A stretch of DNA of 64,000 bases from Eledone cirrhosa (GCA_964016885.1 OZ024741.1:174840001-174904000); one strand, 5' to 3'. Shown: positions 30,382-49,835, counted from the stretch's first letter. Notes: a model not told the origin generated them from the letters alone. A program made the numbers and translations.

Positions 30382-30707
30382 CATATATATTATATATACA
30401 TATATATATATATAGTATACATATATATACATACATATACATACTATATATATATATACATATATATACATATATATACATACATATATATATATACATA
30501 TATATACATATATATACATATACATACATATATATATACATATATATATACATATATATACATATACTATACATACATATATATACATATACATACATAT
30601 AAATACATATATATATATATATATACATATACATACATATATATATATAAATATACATATATATAAGTAAAATATATATATACATACCACATATATATAC
30701 ATACATA
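28834..30707. repeat. (TA)n/(TACA)n arrays interrupted by a unique ~225-bp segment (29355-29580)
   Basis: Directly visible. Confidence 0.95.
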
Positions 30708-30708
30708 T

Positions 30709-31054
30709 GGAGGCACATGGCTTAGTGTTAGAGCATTGGCCTTGCAATCGAAAGGTCGTGAAGTTCAATTCTCAGACCGGGTGATGTGTTGTTTCCTTGA
30801 GCAAGACACTTTATTTCACATTGCTCCAGTTTACTCAGCTGTCCAAGTGAGATGATAGGGACTGGGGTCCATATCATTCACTGCAAAGTGGTCGTGGAGG
30901 TGCCACGGCAAAAAAGCACCCAGCACTCACTGTAAATGAGGTTGGTGTTAGGAAGGGCATCCAGCTGTAGAAATCAAGCCAGCATCAGTTCCCGTCCCAC
31001 CTTGCAAGCAGGGAAAAAGCGGACGTAAAATGAAATGAAATGAATGAAATGAAT
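30709..31054 (+). mobile_element. tRNA-derived CORE-like SINE with RTE-A 3' tail
   Basis: A box tggcttagtg, B box agttcaattc, ccttgagcaagacactttatttcacattgctcc; tail matches 28570-28720. Confidence 0.9.
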
Positions 31055-31142
31055 ATATATATATATATACAATTATATATATATATATACAATTATATAC
31101 ATATACATACATACATATATATACATATACAATTATATACAT

Positions 31143-31450
31143 ATAGAATATCTAGAATAAGGAGCAGGTATTGCAAATAGCCTGGGATTCAAGGGCCCTC
31201 AACTCTTCAACAGGCTGCCGAGGGATCTCTGAGACTTGCATGACGTGGAGGTGGATGTCTTTAAGAAACATCTCGACACCTTGTTATCCAGGATCCCGGA
31301 GCAAGACACGAGGGAAACCTAAGGGCAGCAGCAACAAACTCCCTCTTACACCAGTGGCCAACCTATACAGGCTGGAGATAAAATGTGTAGCAACAAGGGC
31401 GGTGCCCCAGCATGGCCTCAGCTGGATGGCTGAAACAGGTAAAAGAATAT
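31143..31450 (+). mobile_element. 3' end of a CR1/L2-group LINE
   Basis: GFKGPQLFNRLPRDL*DLHDVEVDVFKKHLDTLLSRIP resembles CR1-type ORF2 C-termini; tail ggcggtgccccagcatggcc...gctgaaacaggtaaaagaat. Confidence 0.65.
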
Positions 31451-31521
31451 ATACATACATATACATTTATATATATATACATATACATACATATATATAC
31501 AAACATATATATATATATACA

Positions 31522-32075
31522 TGGTGGCTGCCAACTCGTTTTCGAGTACGGCCACTACTTTATATCCATGTAGGAGAACACCTACCGATGCGCTGAATGA
31601 GTGTGACTTTTTAGTCCAGCCAGCGTATTGAAAACTCTGGTACAAACGCTACACTTGTGACAATTATTGACACATAGTGCTGGGCCCATGGTACCACGTG
31701 AGGACAACTGCAGAGAGATCTCCAGATAGAAAGCAATGCCTGTGCCGTGAAGCTTTTATAGTGAGCAAAGGCACTGCACAAAGCCAGTCCCACTCTCTTA
31801 ACCAAGATGATATTTACCAAAAAGAAGAACAAGTCAACATCATTGGATACCATCAGGGTTGCAGGTGTTATATCAAAGTTTTCCTTCTCCTAGAATTCTG
31901 CCTTGACAAAGGCTAAGGGGTCATCTCTCCCGGTGATTTTGGATGGCCATTGACTCTTAAGAGCTCCTTTGCCCTTTGACAGGTTTTGTTTTTAGTCCTG
32001 CAGGATGTCCAAAGTCACCCTCCTCACCAAGAAACCTTGGTGGGGTTGCCAGTTTAGTCGCCAACGACCCGACCA
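31522..32075 (-). mobile_element. Short non-autonomous RTE-derived element, copy 3
   Basis: Near-identical to copies 1 and 2, with the same 3' end. Confidence 0.75.
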
Positions 32076-32088
32076 TATACATACATAC

Positions 32089-32297
<209 letters not shown>

Positions 32298-32310
32298 CAT
32301 ATATATATAC

Positions 32311-32417
<107 letters not shown>

Positions 32418-32421
32418 CATA

Positions 32422-32896
32422 TACAATATTAAATAAATGGAAAACTATATTTATAAAACCATATTTATTTCATTATATATATTTCGGGGATATCATATTA
32501 ACAATATGCTATGCCTTCATCAGACAAAATATAATATAAACAGTTTTATAGATAAATATATTCGACATACCGTAATAAACATCAACTTCATTTGAAGAGG
32601 TTCACTCTAGAGGTTCACTGCTAGAGTGAACCTCTTCAAATGAAGTTGATGTTTATTACGGTATGTCGAATATATTTATCTATAAAACTGTTTATATTAT
32701 ATTTTGTCTGATGAAGGCATAGCATATTGTTAATATGATATCCCCGAAATATATATAATGAAATAAATATGGTTTTATAAATATAGTTTTCCATTTATTT
32801 AATATTGTAAATATACTCCAAGTATTTGTCGAGTGCTTTTATATCAGTTATAAATATTTACTAGTTGTAACCCAACGATTTTAAATATAACTTTAC
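32422..32896. mobile_element. Palindromic Penelope pLTR-like element, type 1 (189-bp arms, 10-bp spacer)
   Basis: Arms 32422-32610 and 32621-32809 read as exact reverse complements; the right arm continues to ~32896; hammerhead core in each arm. Confidence 0.85.
32700..32765 (+). ncRNA. Minimal type I hammerhead ribozyme motif (mirror copy on the - strand at ~32466-32531)
   Basis: Stem I UAUUUUGU/AUGAAAUA, CUGAUGA 32708-32714, stem II with an A.C mismatch at its base, GAAA 32746-32749, palindromic AUAUAUAU stem III; predicted cut after 32757. Confidence 0.7.
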
Positions 32897-34301
<1,405 letters not shown>

Positions 34302-34822
34302 TAAAATAAAGTTAAATAAAAGTCAAATGATTAAAATTTAGCTTCGTTTATTACTGCTATATATATTTCAGTGACAGCCATCTTTGGCTGTGACCTCTTC
34401 AGGCAGTTTGAATTAGTATGGTATAGACAAGTACATATGTTGTTTAGGTGTATGATATTGTCAATACTCTGATATGCCCAGTTCCTTGTTGGGTTGTTAA
34501 TTCATATGACTCCAGTTCCCCAGTGAATTAACACCCAACAAGGAACTGGGCATATCAGAGTATTGACAATATCATACACCTAAACAACATATGTACTTGT
34601 CTATACCATACTAATTCAAACTGCCTGAAGAGGTCACAGCCAAAGATGGCTGTCACTGAAATATATATAGCAGTAATAAACGAAGCTAAATTTTAATCAT
34701 TTGACTTTTATTTAACTTTATTTTACACAACTCCGGAGTAACCAAACCAACCTGCGCACTTCGTCGAGTGCTCCAGCCTGCATACTGAGGTGTTGGTATA
34801 CAACCAACATAAACTCAAAATC
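34302..34822. mobile_element. Palindromic Penelope pLTR-like element, type 2 (~202-bp arms, 19-bp spacer)
   Basis: Arms 34302-34504 and 34524-34725 differ by one visible indel; the right arm continues to ~34822; hammerhead in each arm. Confidence 0.85.
34620..34674 (+). ncRNA. Minimal type I hammerhead ribozyme motif (mirror copy on the - strand at ~34353-34407)
   Basis: Stem I ACUGC/GCAGU, CUGAAGA 34625-34631, stem II GGU-C-ACAGCCA[AAGA]UGGCUGU-C-ACU, GAAA, AUAUAUAU stem III; predicted UA^ cut after 34669; AATAAA follows immediately. Confidence 0.85.
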
Positions 34823-35001
34823 TATATATATATATATATATATATACATATACATACATATATATATATACATATATATATATACATATACATATATACA
34901 TATATATATATACATATACATACATACATATATATATATACATATACATACATACATATATATATATACATATACATACATATATATATATATACATATA
35001 C

Positions 35002-35034
<33 letters not shown>

Positions 35035-35117
35035 CATATATATATACATATATATATATATACATATACATATATATATATATACATATACATATACATA
35101 TATATATATATACATAT

Positions 35118-35150
<33 letters not shown>

Positions 35151-35399
35151 AGATAAGTTTTCCTTCATGTTTATCCACTTTGCTTCAATTATTTCTATGA
35201 TGGACTCATGTAAACCGTAAAGTACAATCCTTCTCTCCATTTCCACGCTCAATTCCGTACACAGTCCAAACAAACATCCAATCTCGCAAAATCCGAAATC
35301 TGTATTTTTTTGTTATCTATTTAAGGTTTAAATACGGTGTTTTTGTCGTATTGAACAGAACAAATCTTGCAGTTTTGCTTTTTGTTAAATCGCTTGTTA

Positions 35400-40697
<5,298 letters not shown>

Positions 40698-40734
40698 CGT
40701 CAAAATCATTGTTTAAGGTTCATTTTCCAAGCAA

Positions 40735-41920
40735 GGTATGTAGTGGTGTCTCAGGTAGGCTAGCTGAGGCTAGCGGAGTAAGCCGCAAGAGCTTACAGGA
40801 AACAAGCTCCTTGGAACATTCATACAGCTCCATTGAAGTAGTTGATAGCTTCTGTTACCTTGGTGAACAAATGTACAATGGAGGTGGGTGTTCTGAAAGT
40901 ACAGTAGCCAGAGTGAGAACGAGAGGTAGAAATTCAAGGGAGCTTTTTACCACTGCTAGCCACAATAGGTTTTCCTCTAAAAAATGAAAGGCAGATTGTA
41001 AGATACTTTATCTATGAACAACAATCTCGTATGGAAGAGAGACCAGAGTACTGTGTGCAGAGGACCCAAGAATATTAGAAAAAAATGAAACTTGTATGCT
41101 CCAAAGAATGTGTAGTAGTAGCGTGCATGAAGGGCATAGTGTCAGTGAAATGAGAAAGAAACTAAGCATAGAAGGGGTTAGATGCAATGTGCAAGAGAGG
41201 AGATTGCAGTGGTATGGACATGTGATACGTATAGAGGATGGTAGTTGTATAAAAAGATGCAGGGCTCTCAAAGTTGATAGAAACTATGGCAGAGAAAGAC
41301 ACTGGGAAAGCTTGGGATGAAGTGATAAAAGCTGGCTTTGGTCAATTAAACTTCACAAAGGAAATGGTACAGAATAGAAATCTCTGGCACCATGCTGTAC
41401 TTCAGAAGACCCGCCTTCCCATGTGCACAGAATAAAACAAACACGTAGAGGGCACTAGATTGCAGCAATCTTCTCTTTTACCCATCCCCTCTTTTAATAC
41501 ACTGTTTCCACCAGCTAAATATCCCACAGCACCTCGTTCATGTCGAACTTGCTGACATATATGTATATATATATAGAGAGAGAGTGCACCCCGAACAACC
41601 TGTAAAGTGGTTGGTAATAGGAAATGTATCCAGTCGCAGTAAACTTGCCAGACAAAGGGCCATGGGTATTCTTGAACTGTATCATAGAGATCACAACTTT
41701 TCTACCGTTCGTGATCCTCACGACAGACGATCACTCAGTACACTTCTGTAAAGTGGTTTGTGATAGGAAGGGCATCCAGCCGTAGAAAACGAGAAGACTC
41801 TTCAGCAATATGAAGGACATGACAACTTGCCGTAGTGCTGGTGCCACGATAGAATGCACACAGTATGTGATGACACGTCGAGCCTTTGCTAGCAGAGAAA
41901 ACGGATGTTAAACCACGATG
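40735..41920 (+). mobile_element. Old degenerate 5'-truncated RTE copy
   Basis: [24 protein letters not shown] and ERRLQWYGHV with frameshifts; 3' motif taggaagggcatccagccgtagaaaa at ~41765. Confidence 0.85.
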
Positions 41921-42804
41921 GTATAGATATTCACACACACACAAACACACACATATAATTTGTATTCCATTAGATATGTATACAGGATATTGAACTGTTG
42001 TGTGAGCTGAACATATTATATAGCAGATTTGTGTAAACTAATGGAAGTCTGACACACCGATAAGAGTTTATATATACTGAATACCGAAACAAAAGATTTA
42101 ACACATCGTGTGTGTGTGTGTGTGTGTATAATATGATAAAAATGAAAAAATAAATAAAACAAATGATAAATAAAAAACAAATAACACGAGACAGGGGAAA
42201 AAACAAACAAAGTAAAAAAGGCTAAAATATTGCGGAATTTGTCATCAAACAGCTTATCTTAAAATATATAATGCCGACAGGAATTTCATGTTTAAATTAA
42301 TCTTTAGACAGATATAGTAGATATTACTTATTTAGATTTACTTCTATATATTAGAACGACGCTATGTGTAATTGATGAGTAAGAAAAAAAAATAAAATAA
42401 AAACATTATATACATCAAATATATAATTTAGATGAGTTTTTTTTGGTAAGGTACGAAAAATGATGTTTATTGTAGAAGAATCGTGCTTATTGGCGAAGAG
42501 AAAAAAAAACATGGTAGTAAGTGTGAATATTACACAGCTAACAATAAAGAAATAAGATTTTATCATGCTAATGTCAAATTGAAAAATATGTTAGTGGAAA
42601 ATATGCTACGACACTCATTCATCATAGGCACTAGCTCTTCGGCAACATAACGACGGTTCTACATATCAATTATTTGGCCATGCCAAATTCTCTTCCTTTA
42701 TCCAAGAGTAGGAATGCTTGGCATATCAGAGCAGAGTAAATGGTCCAGTGATTATGGCATATATGATCATAGACAGACACACACATATATGTGTGTGTCT
42801 GTAA

Positions 42805-42846
<42 letters not shown>

Positions 42847-45003
42847 AGAGAGACCAAGAAATTTAGAAAGCAGAAAAAAGAAAATGTGATGAGGTGTCTG
42901 ACAATCTGAGAAGGCGGATTGAAGGGGATAAAAGAAAAATCTTGTTGCTTTCGAAATATGGCAGTGAGATGGGATACACTAGCAATAGACGATGACCAAA
43001 AAGCTGGCTGTCCGACGACTGTAGCACCGATTTAGGGCAAACATGCTTAATACTTTTACATGCCGATATTATTAATTGTTCGTGGAATAGGTGTTTTCTT
43101 TTAATATCAAGAATAAATGAATTTATATCTGGCTGATCTGATAATAAAAAAATGCTTTAAGGAAATGATTTTTCCGAAATCGGAAAATATATCCTTTAGA
43201 AAGAAGGAAACCGAAAATTATTTAATTTTAATGTACGGTACAAGTATATATTTAAGTCACTAAAAAAAAATCCATGTAAAAGCGAGACAAGAAGTTAGTG
43301 CATTATATTACAAAGCTGTTTATATAAAAACAAAACATATTAAAGGGAACAGAAAAAAAAAAAAAGGAAATGAAAGTTAGTTGTATATGGTATTCATTCT
43401 CGACTTGATCAAGAGATCGCTCGGAAAAGATTTCTTCAAAAGAAATAAAATTTAAAAAATCATTTTTTATAGTGTGAAAGCTTTGGTAGTTTTGTCCCCC
43501 CTCCCCCTGTATTTCATTGTTTCATAGATGAATATCATAGCAGAACAGAAATATGTCTTGTACACTGCATGTATATGAAATATAGATTTCTGATAATGAA
43601 TTATAACAAAGAAATTAAATATCTGTTTTGCAAAAGACTATATTCTAAAATTAAATAAAATTGAATTAAAAAAAGAAAAAGATGCAAAAAACCAGACACA
43701 TATGTGTCTGTATCCACAGACAGTCATAGAATTTGGTAAAAAAAATATCGATGTAAGCAGACACATACTTCTAAGTGTATCAACTATCTATAATCAAGGT
43801 TTTTTTATATTTCGTTTCATTGTATTGTAATTTTATCTTCATCCTTATTATATTATTATTACTTTTATTTTCTCATGTGAATATATTTCTTTTGTTCTAG
43901 AAATAAAATCCTATCAGGTAAAAAAATAAAATAATGCATGGCAGTGAAGAAGGAAGTGGTGAAGGTTTTGTGTGTTGTATTCTTGTTTGAAGTGTGTGTA
44001 TATATATATAGGAAGATGCAAGCTTACTTGTACTCTACTGAATGTAATATATACATATATATATGTGTGTGTGTGTGTGTAGATCTGGAGACATTTCAGG
44101 GTCTTATGATATGATACGATATGATATATGATATACGATCTGATATGATAGTACAGAGTATAGTTGTGAAGGATGCAGCCAAGATACAACTAACTTGCCG
44201 TCTCTTTCTTTCTTCAGTCATCGTCGTGAAACACAATTAAATGAGCAATGTATATGTGTGTGTGTGTGTGTGATTAAATATATATTCCCGCAGGCGATTC
44301 TGTCCACTTCCAACCCACCACCTTTGAAGCGATTACATCTCCGATTCATTTTCAACTATTTCATAGTTAATATTACGCGTTGTGATAGCCTTTGCATAAA
44401 GGCAAAACATACTTCGAAATTACAATCTTACTACTCGCTTCATAAACCGTTCCCTATATAATATAATATAATTATATATTTATATATATATATATAGTTA
44501 ATAAATGAAACAAACAAAACACAGGATGCGAATTTACAGTTATATTAGGTTCACAACTATATATATTTAATTATCGGGCGAAAAAGATCACATTTCTTCA
44601 ATTTTAAGCGCGTGCAGTAAGTGGTTTCTAAAGGACCACTGAGCACTAGAGGAGAGAAATGAAACTGAACAGATGGAAGATAAAGCAAGAAAAACGGTGT
44701 GCGTTGTTGCATTTAGAGAAATCAATTGTAAAAAAAAAAAATTTTTTATATACTATGACTATATATATAAAACGAAGGCTAAGAAATTGAATTATATATA
44801 TTTTGTTGTAGGTCTGTATCTCATGAGAAAAGAAGAAGAAATATGTATATATATATATATATATAATTGTGGTCATGAAGTATCAATTATATGTGAGCGC
44901 TAGCTACTACTATCAACAACTCAGCTGAGATAAGGATCATAAACAAACAGGAAATGTAGTATGTAGCTAGCTATGTGTAGTGAATGTAGAGTTAGTGGCC
45001 TAC

Positions 45004-45070
45004 CCGTCACATCAGATGATTCTCCAGAGGGTGGCCCGTTGTCTCTGTGTGCTCCAATACACCCTCCCAT
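45004..45070 (-). CDS. UBTD2: Coding exon 1 of a ubiquitin domain-containing protein (UBTD1/UBTD2 family)
   Basis: MGGCIGAHRDNGPPSGESSDVT(G) closely resembles the recalled human UBTD2 N-terminus [23 protein letters not shown] (N-myristoylation/palmitoylation-type MGGC); followed by a phase-1 donor G|GTAGGC. Probably a single UBTD1/2 pro-ortholog. No downstream exons found in the window. Confidence 0.82.
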
Positions 45071-45707
45071 TTCATCTAGGGAAAGGTGGAGGACAGTTGA
45101 GCCAAAATAATCCGCTTGTAGAGAGGGAACCCCCTTTCGACTGCAGCCGATCACAGACCACGAAATCCACAACAACTTGTCTTGCTTTCTCTCTCGTTCG
45201 ATGACGTCACAATGCCGTGTGTTCGCAGTGACTGGTCTGGCTGTGCTTTGATACGTCAAAAATTCATGGATCACCTCGCTACTCACCATGCCTCCTCTCT
45301 TAGTTTCTTACTATAGCTCATATAACTATCATACTACTATATACATTTCGCCACTACTAGCTAAATAATTTAATATCTCTCTCTCTATACACACACTCAC
45401 ATATATGTGTGTGTATGTATTAAAACACAACTTGCAATATTATTATCATCTACATCTATCTATTTTTGTTTTGTTTTATTTTCTTTTAAAAATTCTTAAA
45501 CAAAAAAAAAATCTGAATTTAAACAAAATCCGAATATTTAAAAAAAATCATAAATAAAATATTTCAAAACCAGTGGTTTTAATGCGTGTATTTAGTATGA
45601 ATGTAATGTGTAGTGTATCCTTTGCATGGTTTAATGTATGTATGTAAGTGTGCGTACCATAGATCACCGTTATTAATGACGTCAACATTATTGTGTTCTT
45701 GAAAGAA
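45071..45707. promoter_or_regulatory. Bidirectional promoter and 5' UTRs between UBTD and MMS19
   Basis: 637 bp between divergent ATGs; full CRE palindromes TGACGTCA at 45202-45209 and 45677-45684; YY1-like aaATGGCCGC over the MMS19 start; local CpG enrichment near both exons. Confidence 0.75.
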
Positions 45708-45792
45708 ATGGCCGCTTCCAGCACGTGGAGTAACATTGTTGAAAACTATTTGGCCGGAGCCAATGATGCTGCTGCTTCGCAGATTGCTATTG
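45708..45792 (+). CDS. MMS19: MMS19 (cytosolic Fe-S assembly targeting factor), coding exon 1
   Basis: MAASSTWSNIVENYLAGANDAAASQIAI(G) aligns with recalled human LWGLVHDFVVGQQEGPADQVAA(D); phase-1 donor G|GTTTGT joins in frame to the exon at 63950. Confidence 0.82.
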
Positions 45793-47289
45793 GTTTGTTG
45801 ACAACACTTTAATACATTATTTTCAAATATATTTAACTCCCAAAAAAACTTTCTACCCTTTTGTTACAGATCGATGCATTATTAACTGTCATAAAGCTGA
45901 GCGTCAATGTTACTGACTCGATGTCATCAGACAAACATAATATTAGTTAGCATTTCCTGCCACAAGTGTTTTTCCTGTTGCTGTTCCTCATATATATATA
46001 TTATATATATTCTTCATGGTCTGTGTCTGATTATATATTTAGTTGTTTTCTGTCACACAATAAGGAATATGTCCCAGGTTACACCTTAGTTTATATATAT
46101 ATGTATGTTGGAACTATCACTATGCTCGTTTAATGTTTGGTTTGTTAGTAAATGTTGAAGCGATATCACTATGATGGTTACATGCTTGGTTTCCGTCAAC
46201 CAACGCGTTTATATTATATATGAATTATAAATATATTAAAAAAATATTGCTGTAACAAACAGCTCCAGTTGTTTACCAAAATATCTCGCAAAAATTTGCT
46301 TCATATTTTATTATCCTAGAGTTAATAATATTTACTGAGTGAACTCAATGACCTAATGTAGGTAATGACTATAATTAAAATCTCATTAATCATATTCAAC
46401 TATTTGTACCGTAAGACATTTTATAGCAGTGATTTAAGATTATTTTAAAAACATTTTCAACGTAAAATGTCTGAATAGTTAAATACGTATGCCTGGGTCT
46501 CATGTACTCTGATGTACCTATGTTCCTAAGTTTAACTGCTACGGCGAGTAATTTCACAAAAAAGTAATTAGTGGGCTATCTCGTATCTATAAAGGACAGA
46601 TAAGAGGCTTGTCATTTCGAAAGTTTATTTTACTATTATTCATACTGTTTAATATTTTTACTGTCAATATTTAGGTTTTATTGACAATATGTAATGCAAA
46701 AAGCGTAAATTTTTAGGAAAATAGATTTTTTAAAATAGAAAATATTTATATATAATTCTCTTAATTTTTAGACTAAAAAATTAGAATGTAGATAGTTTTT
46801 GAAATTATTAATCGTTTTTTTAAAATATTTACTATAATATTTACCATAATATAAGTTATTAACTTTCTACCAAATATTCAGTTTTAAATTGCAGTGTTTA
46901 CTTAATATGTATTTGATTAATCTAACCATAACCTTTCTTTATAATGACCTCCGATTCCAGTTATTTGATTCCTTCTATACACCCCTTTCTCTGCCTGTCA
47001 GCCACAGCGAATTATTGATTAGCCAAATATTACTGAGAATTTACGTGTTTAGGTTATTAAAGATCAATAAATGTATTTTTGTTGCAATATGTTTTACCGT
47101 GAGCGCTAAGCTAAAAGCGATGAAATTCGTCTCAAATATATGTGTAAACAAAACCATATTAAATTCTCGGCTGTTTGAGAACTGAACGCCAAATTATAAA
47201 GAATTTAAAATGTTCAACCATTGATATAATTTGAATGTATTTAAAAAATATATTTGACATAAGTAGTTAGCGAATATTATTTATATATA

Positions 47290-47610
47290 CATTCAAATCC
47301 CGCCGAGGTTGACTTTGCCTTTCATCCTTACGGGGTCGATAAAATAAAGTACCAGTAATGCACTGGGTAATTACTGGCCTTGTGCCTAAACTAGAAACAA
47401 TTATTTATATATATACATTGGTGGATTGGCAGTATTGGTAGAGAGTCGGACGCCACGCTTTGACGCATAGAGTTACGGCCCTTGCTATTCTGAGTTCAAA
47501 TGACGTCGGAACTTTGCCTTTCATCTTTACGGGGTCGATAAAATAAAGTACCAGTAATACACTGGGTAATTTGCTGGCCTTGTGCCTAAAGTAGAAACAA
47601 TTATTTATAT
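47290..47610 (+). mobile_element. Two adjacent SINE copies with a Nin/Deu-like central domain
   Basis: ttcaaatcccgccgaggttgactttgcctttcatccttacggggtcgataaaataaagtaccag...ggccttgtgcctaaa.tagaaacaatt; further copies at 48200-48360 (-), 50065-50150 (-), 50695-50880 (+) and 62527-62730 (+). Confidence 0.75.
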
Positions 47611-49539
47611 ATACATTCTTTTAGCTAACGTACATCTTCTGAAAGGTTGAAAACTTTTAGGAATGTTATTATTTTTTAAGAATTAAATGCAGTCTTATTG
47701 ATTAATATAGGCAGTGAATTAAATTGTCTAAATAAAACATACGCGTTACCTTTCACGGTGTTTTGACAATTTTTCTAACATGAGTTGTGTTTTCTTTATG
47801 AAATGAGTAAAATAGACATTTCTAAATTATGTCCAAAATTATCCGTTCTAAATGTTTTCTCCGTCAATTAATTTTAACAATGGCATTGTTTTACTATTTG
47901 AGTGATCTCATTTCGAACCGTAAAGTAAATGACACTCGCTCATTTGAATGTCAAGTAAATAATCGAAATTAACGCTTCTTTTACTCTTTTACCTGTTCCA
48001 GCCATCCGGCTGTTTATAATGTGTATGTATGAAACCGTAATTCCTGAAGGTGTAGTAAGGGCACCGCAGTTTGCGGCGTTTCTTGGATATTTAAAAGCTG
48101 CAAGGAACCCATCCCTCTCTAGGTCTGAACAACAGACAATTTCTTCTATAGAAGAAGAAGAGTTATAAAGTAAAAGTGAGAAAGAGATATAGAGGAAGAA
48201 TCGACTCCAGTACTGGACTGGTACTTTTTTTTATCGACTTCAAAATTATGAAAAGCAAAGTTGAGCTCGGTGGGCTATGACCTCAGTATGCAGAGAGCCG
48301 GAACGAATACCACAAAATATTCCATCAGACGTTCTAATGACTCTACCAATTCGCCGCCTACATATGTGTTCATACACACACACACACACACACATTTATA
48401 ATCATATTCAAGTGTGTTATGTCAATCTAAAACTTTTGTAAATCTTATTTTTTCTTTGCTTGTTGCCACATATCTTCAATATATGTATATTGAGGTTATT
48501 TGGCCCTACAAAGTTCTGCCCATCAATAATAGTATGATCTCAGTTTAAGTAGCTCTGCAAACTGTGAAGTCTATATTGTGTTTTGTGGGTTTAGGCATGC
48601 TCAACCACTTCTACGCAAGTTAGAAGTTAACTGGAGTTAATTGGTAACTACAAAAAAAACAAAAAAACACAAGTAGTCGCCACTAGGATAAACTAATTCG
48701 ATACACTTATGAAAAACTATTCCTTTTCCCAGCTGCCCTTATCGCCTCACCGGCCTGATGAGTCCCCGGGCTCGAGACAGACTTTCGACTATCAGAGACG
48801 ACCATGGGACTATGTCTGTGTATTTTCATTTGTCGACGATCTTTTATTATGATGACAACCTATGTTAACAAGGGGAGTTAAGTTATCGTTACTAATAGTA
48901 AATAAACATGAAAAACAATACAAAAGCCAAGTTGAAAGTATAAAGACAAAATAAATATACTTAACATTGTCTTATGAATTCCATTGGGAAAAAAAAAATA
49001 TTAATTTAGCATCCGCCCTAGAATGTTATTACGTTTTTAGACGACTCGTTGAAAGAAAAAAAAAAGAAAAGAAACTTTTGAGTCATTAAAAATTAAGTTT
49101 TAGTCGTTGAAAATAAACAGGATTTATTTGCTTTCTTTTATAGTAACATTTTTTTTTCATTTGTTAGTTTAGGCCAGGGACCTCTAAACTTTTTAGAATC
49201 CTGCACCCTCCACATCAACCCCAGATATATACACAATTGAATAAATAAACCCGTTAACAGAATATAAAATAAATAGACAATAATAGCTAACCATATATAC
49301 ATTGGTGACCTGTATAAGCAAGCTGGTTTTTATTTTTTTATGTATTTTCATTTCTTATTCAAATGGCCTAAAACTTCCCACTTTTACGACGCCTTCCTTA
49401 GGCGGTGCGTTATCAAGCTCTAGGACTGGACATGTCTCGTATTTTATTTCCATCCATGGTCATGAACCTCTGTTGGAGTTGTAGGGGCGCCGTCTTGTGT
49501 GTATATATGTATACGTAGATTGATATTTATAGATGTGAT

Positions 49540-49835
49540 GCATGTGGCTTAGTGTTTTGGGTGTTTGGCTCATGAGTTCAATTCTTAGCAGTGCATTGTG
49601 TCCTTGAACAAGATACTTCATATTGCTTCAGCTCACTCAGCAGGCAAAAATAAGTTGGTACCTATAATTCAAAAGGCCAGCCTTGTCATATACTGTGTCA
49701 TGCTTAAGTCTCCCTGTAAACTTGGCTATGGGTGCACATGTCTGTGGACTGCTCAGCCAGTTTCTCATTAATTTCATGAGCAGTCTGTTCCATTGTTCCC
49801 AAAACTGGAACACTCATCTTTGGAACTGACAGAAG
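49540..49835 (+). mobile_element. Degenerate tRNA-derived CORE-like SINE
   Basis: gtggcttagtg head and ccttgaacaagatacttcat centre; homologous copies at 53447-53730 and partly 6250-6390. Confidence 0.65.

Noticed and set aside
48750-48785. cctgatgagtccccgggctcgagac hammerhead-like motif
   Set aside because: The core has GAGA instead of GAAA, and no stem I or III is evident.
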